This document shows positions 29,456-38,394 of a DNA stretch of 64,000 nt, one piece after another. The notes under the pieces were generated by a model that worked only from the letters and a program-made list of their open reading frames with translations, searched no databases and was not told where the DNA came from. The stretch is taken from positions 1 to 64,000 of the IMG/VR virus record IMGVR_UViG_3300012352_000355; one strand, written 5' to 3'. Source of the stretch: a virus. Position numbers and translations under genes: made by a program. How positions within the stretch are numbered: the stretch's first letter is position 1; the number at the start of each line of letters is the position of its first letter.

Positions 29456-29704
29456 ATGAAACTATTAAACTTTATTGGCGGACTCTTCAAAGATGAGAAG
29501 GGTGTTGTCTCCATGAAACGATTGTGCGGATTAGCATGCACAGTTACACTATGCGCTACATTGTACGCTAACTCTTTTACTGAAGCTCACTTTGCTCCTT
29601 CTGTTCCTTTGGTGGATGCGGTTGCTTTGTTGGCTTTTGGTTGTCTAGGTTTGACTTCTGTTGAGAAAATCATGAAGAAGCCAGAAGCACCTAGCGAAGA
29701 CTAA
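29456..29704 (+). CDS. holin-like two-TM protein
   Basis: SMKRLCG motif, two TMs, GLTSVEK; directly upstream of the endolysin. Confidence 0.65.
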   Translation: MKLLNFIGGLFKDEKGVVSMKRLCGLACTVTLCATLYANSFTEAHFAPSVPLVDAVALLAFGCLGLTSVEKIMKKPEAPSED

Positions 29705-29734
29705 TTTACTATAAACTATAAACTATAAACAACT

Positions 29735-30322
29735 ATGAGCTACACAAGAGAACAAATCGAAGCGGCTATGAAAGCCAAAGGTTATAAGTACTTTGAGAAT
29801 GGAGACTTCAACGTAAACATTATCGGTGTACGTAACTCTGCTACTGGTACTAAAGTAACTAATGTATTTGATGATCACTTAACTATTTCTTACAAAGAAG
29901 GTGGTGAGTGGAAATTTAAAATTTGGCCTGCTACTACAGATCCAGGAACTAAGGGTGTTAAAGAATTCCATAACGCTGCAGGTGTTGCACGTTTGGTACC
30001 TGGTCAATACTCAGGTTCACACCATGTAGGATTGCACCAAGGTAAGTACGAAGCCCTTAAGCAAAAGGCTAATGTTAAAGTTTACCGTGATGCTAACAAA
30101 GACATGAACTATGACGAGTCCAAGATACAAGAAGGCATCTTCGGTATTAATATTCATAAAGCTGGTGCAGACTCTACCTACGTTGAAAACTGGAGCGAAG
30201 GTTGCCAAGTGTTCAAGAAGTCTGCTGACTTCGATGCATTCATGGTTATCTGTAAGAAGGCTGCGGCATTGGGTGGTAACTCTTTCACTTATACTCTTAT
30301 TGAATCTAAAGATATCAAGTAA
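29735..30322 (+). CDS. endolysin, L,D-transpeptidase-like catalytic fold
   Basis: NIIGVRN, ATTDPG, GINIH...WSEGCQ (His/Cys dyad). Confidence 0.75.
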   Translation: MSYTREQIEAAMKAKGYKYFENGDFNVNIIGVRNSATGTKVTNVFDDHLTISYKEGGEWKFKIWPATTDPGTKGVKEFHNAAGVARLVPGQYSGSHHVGLHQGKYEALKQKANVKVYRDANKDMNYDESKIQEGIFGINIHKAGADSTYVENWSEGCQVFKKSADFDAFMVICKKAAALGGNSFTYTLIESKDIK

Positions 30323-30793
30323 ATGAAAGGACTTCTAGTAAGTCTTTTTCTAATTCTCTCTATCCCCTGTTCTTCTCAAATCAATGTGATGAAGGCAGGG
30401 GATGGTTGGGATTTAAAGGTAGACTCGGCCTTAGCATTAATTGCTCAAACTGATGTCAACGCTTATACTAGAGTAATAGATGTCTGCCAAGTAATAGACT
30501 TCTGGATTAGTCCCTATTCCTCTAATACAATCTCCCAAGATGGTGGAACTATATTTATCGCTACAGGAGACATAAAAACGAATTCACTCAATAACCTAGC
30601 TTGTGTTATTGTACATGAAAGTCTTCACTTATACTACTTGTTACATCCAGTAGAACAGTCACAGGACGAAGAAGAACTTAAGTGTTATATCTACGAGTTA
30701 GACTTTATAAAAAAACTACCAACCCCAGAGCCTTGGTTACAGGCAAATGCAATTGAACAATTACATAAATTAACTAAAACAAAAACAAAATGA
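30323..30793 (+). CDS. secreted zincin-like (HExxH) protein
   Basis: Signal peptide ..CSS|Q; VIVHESLH followed by EE..CY..E. Confidence 0.7.
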   Translation: MKGLLVSLFLILSIPCSSQINVMKAGDGWDLKVDSALALIAQTDVNAYTRVIDVCQVIDFWISPYSSNTISQDGGTIFIATGDIKTNSLNNLACVIVHESLHLYYLLHPVEQSQDEEELKCYIYELDFIKKLPTPEPWLQANAIEQLHKLTKTKTK

Positions 30794-32688
30794 ATAAACT
30801 ATTTAAAGTAATCATCGGGGTGTTGACATTGTTGGTTGGCAATGCATCAGCACAATCTTCTGCCACCTCTCCAGGTACAGGTCACTGGGTTGTAATTGAC
30901 TCAGGTTATCAAGTAGCTACAAACACTGTAGGACAGACTGTAGCGCCTCTTCACTTCTACAATACCTCTACTTCTGAAAAGATCACAGGTATGCAGTTCC
31001 GTGTATTCTACGATAAGACAGCTTTTACAGCAGTTGTTCCTTCTCTTAAAATCTCTTCTACTGATCAATACTTGCAGTACGTAGATAGTAACACACAAGG
31101 TTTCTTAACTGTTACATTGGCTTACACTGGATCTAGCTCAACATTTAACTATTCTAACGGAGCTACATTTGATCTTACCTTCACGCACGCAGGTGCTGCT
31201 GTATGGAACACATTGGATTCTATTAAAACTCTTAAGGTATCAGGTGTTAAATCATTTGCAAACAAAGCTGCTACTAGCTGGGGTAACGATACTACATTGG
31301 TAGTTTACTCTTATGGTGGTCGCTTCAATCAGAAGGTATTGAGATTTGCTGCTAAGTTTAAAAACGTAACAGGTTCTGACGCTAAGAACTTGTGGGTGTC
31401 TTTGGAAAAGAAAGCTCCTTCAGGATCTTGGACTCAAGTAGAAGCTAAAGCAACTAACTCTAGTGGTGTTGTTGTATTCCGTAAATTCTTGGATACTACT
31501 TACTGGGATGTACGTATGGTTGTTAAGGGAGATACTATGACTCCTGGTAATGTATTCTCTACTGCAGATGCACAGAAGATTAATCAATCTATCTTAGGTC
31601 AATATGTTGCTTCAGGATTTGACTACTACACTATGGACGTAAACGGAACTGATGGAACTATTTCTATTGCCGATGTTTACTCTGTATACGGACGTTTGGC
31701 AGGTAGATTCTCTGCATGGCCTAATTCTAAGAAGGATGTAATGTTCTTTACAGTTGCTGAGTACAATTCAATTAACGGATCTGCTACCAACTTAACTTCT
31801 ACTTACTCTACTATTAATAACTTTAACTACACAATTGACGGTCAAGATTCTATCACTTACTACGTAGCTGTTAAAGGTGATGCTAACTCTACAGGATTTA
31901 AGATGGCTCGTTTGACTCCTATCAAAATTGTTAATCCAGCTAACGCTAAACGTTACATCATTGACGAGACTGTAGAATACGACTTCCCTGCAGAAACTAT
32001 AGAGATCAATATGCCTAAAGTAACTGTAGATGAAGGTAACTTAGTTAACGTACCAGTTAAAGTATTGACTAACGGAAAGAACTTAGGTGCACTACAATTA
32101 GACTTGCGTTATGACACTGCTTACTTAGAGTTTAAGAAAGTAGAAAACACTGAGAAGATGATGAAGTGGACTTCTTACTTGAACCCTTCTAACGGAATCA
32201 TCTCTTGGGGAGCTGCTGATTTGACTAACGAGAACATGCTTAATGACGGAGAGCAAGTATTCACTCTTCAATTCATTGCTAAGAAGCCACAAGACTCTTG
32301 GGCTACTGCAGCTTTGTGGACAGGTGCTAAATACGTAGGAGACAAAAACTCTAAAGACATGAACATTACCCCTGCTATGGGAGTAATTGAAGTACGTAGA
32401 ATCAACAAAGGAGTTGTTTCACTTAATGATTTGAATTCTATTATCACTTTTCCTAACCCTACAGAAGGTCCAGTACAAATCCAATTCAAGATCAAAGAAG
32501 ATAGTGAAGTAGACGTAGCTATCTCTGATGAGGTAGGAAGACGTGTACAAACGATTCTAAGCGAAAGAATGCCTGCAGGTAAGTACAAGTATAATACAAA
32601 CCTAGATCGTCTTCCTAATGGCTTCTATGTGCTTTCTGTAACAACTCAAAAAGAAATCTTACACTCCAAAATAATCGTACAAAAATGA
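30790..32688 (+). CDS. secreted cohesin/dockerin-like protein with T9SS C-terminal sorting domain
   Basis: SP ..ASA|Q; two cohesin-like domains (GMQFRVFYDK; VNVPVKV..GALQLDLRYDTAYLEF); DVNGTDGTISIAD dockerin-like loop; FPNP...G+Y...LPNGFYVL...KIIVQK CTD. Confidence 0.85.
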   Translation: MNKLFKVIIGVLTLLVGNASAQSSATSPGTGHWVVIDSGYQVATNTVGQTVAPLHFYNTSTSEKITGMQFRVFYDKTAFTAVVPSLKISSTDQYLQYVDSNTQGFLTVTLAYTGSSSTFNYSNGATFDLTFTHAGAAVWNTLDSIKTLKVSGVKSFANKAATSWGNDTTLVVYSYGGRFNQKVLRFAAKFKNVTGSDAKNLWVSLEKKAPSGSWTQVEAKATNSSGVVVFRKFLDTTYWDVRMVVKGDTMTPGNVFSTADAQKINQSILGQYVASGFDYYTMDVNGTDGTISIADVYSVYGRLAGRFSAWPNSKKDVMFFTVAEYNSINGSATNLTSTYSTINNFNYTIDGQDSITYYVAVKGDANSTGFKMARLTPIKIVNPANAKRYIIDETVEYDFPAETIEINMPKVTVDEGNLVNVPVKVLTNGKNLGALQLDLRYDTAYLEFKKVENTEKMMKWTSYLNPSNGIISWGAADLTNENMLNDGEQVFTLQFIAKKPQDSWATAALWTGAKYVGDKNSKDMNITPAMGVIEVRRINKGVVSLNDLNSIITFPNPTEGPVQIQFKIKEDSEVDVAISDEVGRRVQTILSERMPAGKYKYNTNLDRLPNGFYVLSVTTQKEILHSKIIVQK

Positions 32689-33035
32689 ACATTAAAAAAG
32701 CACTTGGTTTTAGCCAAGCAGAACCAGTAGTAGTAGATCCTAAGAATAGGTTCTATTATATGCTACAACAAATGCAAGCCAATCGTTGGAAAATTACAGC
32801 TATCGTATTGGGCTTGTTTACTCTAATCATTGTCGGAATCAACGCAGCAGTATTCATGGGAGCTGCTATTGGTGAAGACTGGAAAGAAATGTTGCTTATC
32901 CTTTTAGGTGCATTTGTAGGTAATCTGAACAAAGTAGTAGACTACTGGTTTAACTCAGAAGATCGTGACAAGATGTTGATCCAAAAAGTGGATGAGGAAG
33001 ACGGTGAATCATTATCAAACACAACTAATCCATAA
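32685..33035 (+). CDS. two-TM membrane protein
   Basis: Two TMs, LLGAFVGNLNKVVDYWF. Confidence 0.75.
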   Translation: MNIKKALGFSQAEPVVVDPKNRFYYMLQQMQANRWKITAIVLGLFTLIIVGINAAVFMGAAIGEDWKEMLLILLGAFVGNLNKVVDYWFNSEDRDKMLIQKVDEEDGESLSNTTNP

Positions 33036-33039
33036 TATC

Positions 33040-33360
33040 ATGTCAGAAGAACAAGAAGAAAGCGTAATGTCGGCTACTAAGAAAGCTATCATTGGCGCAG
33101 TCACCACTGCTGTAACTGCAGGAGGTGCATGGTTCGCTACTCACTTTGGTGGTGGCGAAGAACCTAAAGAAGAAGCTAAAACAGAACAGAGTGCTGCTCC
33201 TGTTATTAACTTGAATCTAGAGAACAACAACACTAACCAGCAGAAACAATCTTCAGGTGGAACTACTACTATCATCAAAGAAAGAACAGTAGAGAAACCT
33301 GCAGCTCAACCTGCTGCTCCTGCAACCAAACCACAAGAGGAGGAATCTGATCCATGGTAA
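33040..33360 (+). CDS. membrane-anchored low-complexity protein
   Basis: Start MSEEQ at 33040; AIIGAVTTAVTAGGAWF TM; Q/P/E-rich tail ending DPW. Confidence 0.75.
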   Translation: MSEEQEESVMSATKKAIIGAVTTAVTAGGAWFATHFGGGEEPKEEAKTEQSAAPVINLNLENNNTNQQKQSSGGTTTIIKERTVEKPAAQPAAPATKPQEEESDPW

Positions 33361-33950
33361 AAACCTGTAATATATGTTTTGTAGAAAAGACTTTAGATGA
33401 TTTTTATAAATCTAAGTCTGGTAGAGACGGTCTGGAGTCTTTTTGTAAATTATGCAAAAGAGAGAAGTCTAGGAAAACTTATTTAGACAACAGAGAATAT
33501 AGACTACTACAAAGCAAATCATATTACTACTCTAATCACGAAAAACAAAAGGAAGTAAAAAGTAATTGGAAGAAGAATAATCCAGACTTAAACCGAGCAA
33601 TTAATAATGCCTGGGAAAGAAATAAGAGGAAGGAAGATAAATTCTGGGCTTGTAAAAAGGCACTAAGAACAAGATTTCTAGGAGCTTTGTCTGGAAGGGT
33701 GAAATCCGACTCTACTCTAAAACTAGTGGGACTACCTTCTTGGGACACATTAAAATTCTATCTGGAAACTCTTTGGTCTGAAAATATGTGTTGGAGTAAC
33801 TATGGTTATGGCGAAGGATGTTGGGTAATAGATCATATTATCCCACTAGCCTCTGCTTCTAGTTTAGAGGAATTGGAAAAACTTCAACACTATACTAACT
33901 TACAGCCTTTGTGGTGGAGGGATAATTTAATAAAAGGAACAAGTATATGA
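33354..33950 (+). mobile_element. HNH homing endonuclease-like gene
   Basis: CxxC..CxxC N-terminus, WVIDHIIPL, HYTNLQPLW..DNLIK; overlaps both neighbours. Confidence 0.85.
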
Positions 33951-34651
33951 AGACAGTAAAAAAATGGTTTAACAAGTTCATGGCTCTTGTAGTCTTGACC
34001 TTGGCAGGTTGTGGTTCTATGAAGACTACTACCGAAGAAGATAAAGTGGAGGTGAAAGACATCTCCACTGTATCTAATTATAGTGATTCTATTAAAAAAA
34101 CAGTACAAGTGGTAAGCGTAGATATGACCAAGGTACTTGCTCTTTATCCTGCTCTTCAGGAAAAGAACGTAGGTCTTGGATTTGCAGAATCTGTTTTGGA
34201 TTATTTGGATGAAACAAACAGATTTATATTTACGGAAGAAAAATCAGAGATCAAAGAAAGAATGGTCACTCAATTCAAAGCATCAAAGAAAGGCGTATTC
34301 GATGAACCAATTGATGGGAAAGGTAAGATTAAGCCTGCTCACTACTTTGTGTATGTTACTGTGGCTGATTTTGCTGTTGATGAAGACGAGCAAGTTGATG
34401 GCCTTAAGTCAAAAGTTGTTGTCACTACCTTCATACGTTTACAAGTTCGCTTTGTGGACGCTAAGACAGGTCAGATCTATATTGGATCTGGCGAAGGAGA
34501 GTCGACTAAGACTGGTGAATCATTCTTAAAATCTTTAGATGATATGAAGTTCTCTCAAAGCACAGTAGGTAAAGCTACACGTAAATCTTTGGAGACAGCT
34601 TGTACTAATGTGATTCAAAATCTCATTAAGTCAGGTGTATTTAAAAACTAA
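33947..34651 (+). CDS. CsgG-like (curli-channel/TolB-N fold) lipoprotein
   Basis: Lipobox LAGC; LGFAESVLDYLDETNRFIFTE, LQVRFVDAKTGQIYIGSGEG, KATRKSLETA pattern. Confidence 0.75.
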   Translation: MKTVKKWFNKFMALVVLTLAGCGSMKTTTEEDKVEVKDISTVSNYSDSIKKTVQVVSVDMTKVLALYPALQEKNVGLGFAESVLDYLDETNRFIFTEEKSEIKERMVTQFKASKKGVFDEPIDGKGKIKPAHYFVYVTVADFAVDEDEQVDGLKSKVVVTTFIRLQVRFVDAKTGQIYIGSGEGESTKTGESFLKSLDDMKFSQSTVGKATRKSLETACTNVIQNLIKSGVFKN

Positions 34652-36119
34652 AATACTAATACTATTTATGATAGCTCTGTCTCTTCGGGGGCAGAGCTTT
34701 ATTTATTCGTACACAGATCCTTGTACTCAGGAGTTAAAGTTTATTAACGCAGACATGTCTAGTCCTATAGTAATTGCTTACTATGGACAGGTTAAGACTT
34801 TCTCCTACACAGAGTTACAAGATGGTACGTTTGATAATTGGATAAATAGTGTATATTTGAAGTATCAAAGTACATCACCCTGTCAAGGAGTTGGAGTAAC
34901 AACTACTACAACTACAACAACGAATACTACCCTAAACATTGTAAGCAATGTTATGAACCTAGGGGCTATTTCAAATGTTGGTAGTGTAAATGTAGATGTA
35001 GGCTCTAGCACCTCTTCAGGAACAAACATAGGAACAACAAAAACCAATAATAACAATGACAATCGAACTAGCTCTCGGAATCGTACTAGCAGTAGCTCTA
35101 GTCGTTCTGGTTCTTCTGGCAGCTCGTCAGGAGAAGGTGGACAATCAAGTGGTGGAGGAAACTCCTCAGAGACCCCAGGAACCTCAAGTGGAAACTCTCC
35201 AGACCCCAATCCAGGAAGCAGCGGAGAAGGTAATGGAGGAAGCAGTGGCTCCAGCTCCAGTTCCAGCTCCAGTAGTAGTGGAGGAAACTCCAGTGGTAGT
35301 GGAAGTAGTGGAAGTAGTAGCGGAAGCTCCCAAGGTGGAGGCGGAAGTGGTGGTAAAACCGAAGAAAAAACGGAAGTACAAACCGAGGAACCCACAGAAC
35401 AAAAAGTAGAGGAAACTAAAACTGAGACTCAAAAATCTCAGTCTTCTGGTACTGCAAAAGCTGCAGGAAAAGCTAAAGCCGAAGTTGCTAAGCCTGCGAT
35501 CTTAGTAACTGGTGATTTAGTTGGTATTCAGACTAAGTCTGATGGAGCACAAGATGCAAGAGGTACTGCCTCTTTTACTAGAGTAAAGGGAGACGGTACT
35601 TCTTCTCTTGGGTTTTCAGCCGACTACATGGTTAACGCTAGGATAGGAAATATCTCTTGCGTACGCTCTTGGATAGGAGCAAACAAAAAAGGAAACAAAC
35701 ACATTAGTGTTGTATCTGATGGACTTAGCATAATGCCTAAGTCAATGTCAAACACTCTTCTATTTGTAAGAGTTAATTCAGTTAAAAACTTTACAGCTCT
35801 CTACGGAGCAGCGGGAACTTACGGTAAACTATTTGGAGAAGAAATGATTTCTACTATTGCTATCGGAGGTTTTATGTACAAAGGTAAACTTACTAAAAGT
35901 ATAGATGCTACAATTATTGCAGCTGGTATCTACTCTCCGTACTCTAAGTATTACACAGAATCTATATTTGAGGCTAAGCCTATTGTGATTCCTTTCTTTA
36001 ACTTTACATACAGAATGACCAAGACTTTTGGCTTAGGTATTACTGGAGGAGGAACATATGTAGCAGGACAGGATATATTAAACTTTCAACTATTGATGGG
36101 AGCTAAGTTATTAATATGA
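34635..36119 (+). CDS. secreted protein with Ser/Gly linker and beta-rich (outer-membrane barrel-like) C-domain
   Basis: GTG start, SP ..LRG|Q; T/S/G-rich linker; amphipathic strands in the last ~200 aa. Confidence 0.75.
   Translation: MYLKTKILILFMIALSLRGQSFIYSYTDPCTQELKFINADMSSPIVIAYYGQVKTFSYTELQDGTFDNWINSVYLKYQSTSPCQGVGVTTTTTTTTNTTLNIVSNVMNLGAISNVGSVNVDVGSSTSSGTNIGTTKTNNNNDNRTSSRNRTSSSSSRSGSSGSSSGEGGQSSGGGNSSETPGTSSGNSPDPNPGSSGEGNGGSSGSSSSSSSSSSGGNSSGSGSSGSSSGSSQGGGGSGGKTEEKTEVQTEEPTEQKVEETKTETQKSQSSGTAKAAGKAKAEVAKPAILVTGDLVGIQTKSDGAQDARGTASFTRVKGDGTSSLGFSADYMVNARIGNISCVRSWIGANKKGNKHISVVSDGLSIMPKSMSNTLLFVRVNSVKNFTALYGAAGTYGKLFGEEMISTIAIGGFMYKGKLTKSIDATIIAAGIYSPYSKYYTESIFEAKPIVIPFFNFTYRMTKTFGLGITGGGTYVAGQDILNFQLLMGAKLLI
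35056..35409 (+). CDS. nested +1-frame membrane protein
   Basis: ATG after A-rich leader; TM, E/V/P-rich stalk, KPKKKRKYKP tail; same architecture as 340-564. Confidence 0.6.
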   Translation: MTIELALGIVLAVALVVLVLLAARQEKVDNQVVEETPQRPQEPQVETLQTPIQEAAEKVMEEAVAPAPVPAPVVVEETPVVVEVVEVVAEAPKVEAEVVVKPKKKRKYKPRNPQNKK

Positions 36120-37099
36120 GGTGGGTTATTGTTCTATTCTTCTTTGTGAACGCACTGAGTGCACAATTCACTTATTCTGGGTACTTGTATAATGCAAATG
36201 GATCTGGGGCCAACAACGTAGCTGTAAAGCTGTATAGAAGAACAAACTCTACTATATCAGGATTCACCTCTCAAAACAACTATAATGGACACTCTTACTA
36301 TCGTTCTACAGGAACAGCCAACTGGACTACAGCTAAGTCTAACTGTGCTGCTATGGGTGGGCACTTAGTAACTGTTACTAGTTCAGGAGAAAATAATTTT
36401 CTATTTAACTTGTGGCCCTCAGGATGGATAGGATTGACAGATGAAGTTACTGAGGGAACTTGGAAATGGGTTACAGGAGAGACTTACTCTTACTCAAACT
36501 GGAACTCTGGAGAACCCAATAACTCAGGTAACGAAGATTATATTCAGTTTGTAGGTAGTGGTAAATGGAACGACTTAAATAATAATAATAGCTTGGCTTA
36601 CGTAATTGAGTTTGATTACATAGTAACAACCTCTTCCTGGGCCCTTTACAAAACAATCTATACTAACTCTTCGGGTTACTATTCTATCTCTGAGACTTAC
36701 GATCCTTCTAAGGAGTACTATATACAGATAGATGCTCCTACTAGAATTCAATCCTACACTACTTCAGATATACAAGGAGTCTCCAATACTATACTAGGAA
36801 GAACTACCAGGAATGGTTTGTCTTTTCATATGTTTGATGTTAATGACGATGGAGTAATTTCTATAGCAGATAAGTATTATGTAGCTGCGAGGAAAGCTGG
36901 CTTATTCTCTAGATGGAGAACAGCTCCTGATGTAAGGATCTTTACTACTGCTCAATACAATTCAATTAAAGCAGCAACAACAAACGTAAGAGCAACTTAT
37001 CCTGGAGTCACTACTCATACAACTTCTACTTTAACTAGTGGAGGAACTTTAAATCTCTACATAATAGCTCCTGGTTATGCTGGAGCAGTAACTTACTAA
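36116..37099 (+). CDS. secreted C-type lectin / dockerin-like protein
   Basis: SP ..LSA|Q; CTL motifs GHSYY, C..GGHL, WIGLTD, EPN, WND; DVNDDGVISIAD loop. Confidence 0.88.
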   Translation: MRWVIVLFFFVNALSAQFTYSGYLYNANGSGANNVAVKLYRRTNSTISGFTSQNNYNGHSYYRSTGTANWTTAKSNCAAMGGHLVTVTSSGENNFLFNLWPSGWIGLTDEVTEGTWKWVTGETYSYSNWNSGEPNNSGNEDYIQFVGSGKWNDLNNNNSLAYVIEFDYIVTTSSWALYKTIYTNSSGYYSISETYDPSKEYYIQIDAPTRIQSYTTSDIQGVSNTILGRTTRNGLSFHMFDVNDDGVISIADKYYVAARKAGLFSRWRTAPDVRIFTTAQYNSIKAATTNVRATYPGVTTHTTSTLTSGGTLNLYIIAPGYAGAVTY

Positions 37100-37163
37100 A
37101 CCTATAGGTTGCCAAAACTGTTTTATTTTTATACTTTTGGCAGAATATAAATTATCCTAAAAC

Positions 37164-37610
37164 ATGAAAAAACTATTTATACTTTCCGCTTTAGTCACTA
37201 TGATGACTTCTCTGAGTGCTCAATGCTATAAAGTTGACACTGTAACATCAATTGCTTCTGTAACAGAAATAGGAGGAAGACCTATAATCTTTGGAGCACA
37301 AACAACTCTAGAAGAGATTGCCTCCTCAAAGTACCAATTATGTAATGAGGGCAGTCCTATTTCAGGAACAATCAAATCCATTGCTATGCCTGAAGAACTC
37401 TTAAATATCGTAGGGTTACAGTTTCTCAAGAGAGACTATATTGTAGTCACTGAGATAAACTTAAATGGAGTAACTGTTCTTGGAGAGGCTAAAAAGACTG
37501 TCTATGTTAATGCTATGTTTGTTTCTGTAGAAGGTATTCCTCATAACAGAAAAGCTTATTCTAAGGCATTGGAGAAGTCTTTCAAGAATGGGTTTGAGAA
37601 TTTGAAATAG
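37164..37610 (+). CDS. small secreted protein
   Basis: SP ..LSA|Q; own promoter TTG-N20-TACTTTTG at 37109-37139. Confidence 0.75.
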   Translation: MKKLFILSALVTMMTSLSAQCYKVDTVTSIASVTEIGGRPIIFGAQTTLEEIASSKYQLCNEGSPISGTIKSIAMPEELLNIVGLQFLKRDYIVVTEINLNGVTVLGEAKKTVYVNAMFVSVEGIPHNRKAYSKALEKSFKNGFENLK

Positions 37611-37659
37611 TTTTCTTTCCTTCTCATTCTGAGAAGTAGTCTATTTTGACTTTCTATTC

Positions 37660-37892
37660 TAACTTATATTGCAGCAGTTTTTAACCAAATAGCTCTCGGA
37701 GCTAAGTCTCTGTTCTGTCCACTTATTGCCTACGGTCTATTACTTGTAGGTCAGAGCACTGCAAACTTCATTAGAACATTTTGACACTATCGGAGAAACC
37801 TCTTTTCACCTCTGAGGGCTACTCATACTATCCAACTTCTAGCAGATTACTTTTTAATCCTCGTCTGCGAACATTAAGAAATGGTGTCGGGG
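37660..37892 (-). ncRNA. putative structured RNA
   Basis: Minus-strand TATCTTTG at 37896-37903; helices GACAC/GTGTC, GATTA/TAATC, CTCTG/CAGAG, CCTAC/GTAGG, TAGCTC/GAGCTA; no ORF. Confidence 0.45.
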
Positions 37893-37964
37893 GATCAAAG
37901 ATAAAGCGACTTACGTGTAAGTAGATGTCTCTGTGGAAAATTTGTGAAATAAAAGACAGCTAGA

Positions 37965-38237
37965 CTAGAGTCCAGCTACATCCTGAGCATGCATGTAGTC
38001 TGTCTGCTGCATAGGTTGATCATCTCCTAGAATAGATTCTAGAGCATAGTCAATATAATCGAAGAGCATTTCTTCTGTGTACTTCTTTCTATAGGTAAAA
38101 TCTTTGAATCCTTGATAAAGGGCATCCTTGAATCCACCTATGTCTCCTGCTATTTTGACCTCTTCATCCTGTAAGGCTAAAAGGAAGAACTCGAATACTT
38201 CTTCTGAGGTCGGCTTTTTAACTTTTTCCATCGACAT
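37965..38237 (-). CDS. small acidic protein
   Basis: Lone minus-strand gene with its own TATATTTG promoter (38256-38263); ATG at 38237 or 38231. Confidence 0.7.
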   Translation of the reverse strand: MSMEKVKKPTSEEVFEFFLLALQDEEVKIAGDIGGFKDALYQGFKDFTYRKKYTEEMLFDYIDYALESILGDDQPMQQTDYMHAQDVAGL

Positions 38238-38394
38238 AGCAGTAATTGTTTGATACAAATATAGGTTTAAATAAAGTTTTGTCTATAGTGTTTATCTAAT
38301 TCCCTGAGACATCTAAAATAATTATCTAGGTTACAAATTGAGTTAACACGTGTAACATTTGATATTAATTACTGGTTTAGACTTAACATTTAAC

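Noticed and set aside
34883-35432. Minus-strand ORFs over the low-complexity linker
   Set aside because: Antisense shadows of repetitive sequence, unlike the +1-frame ORF, which has a good start context and coherent architecture
13475-37099. Diversity-generating retroelement acting on fibres or the C-type lectin
   Set aside because: No reverse transcriptase and no TR/VR pair with adenine-specific mismatches seen; repeats differ at synonymous sites
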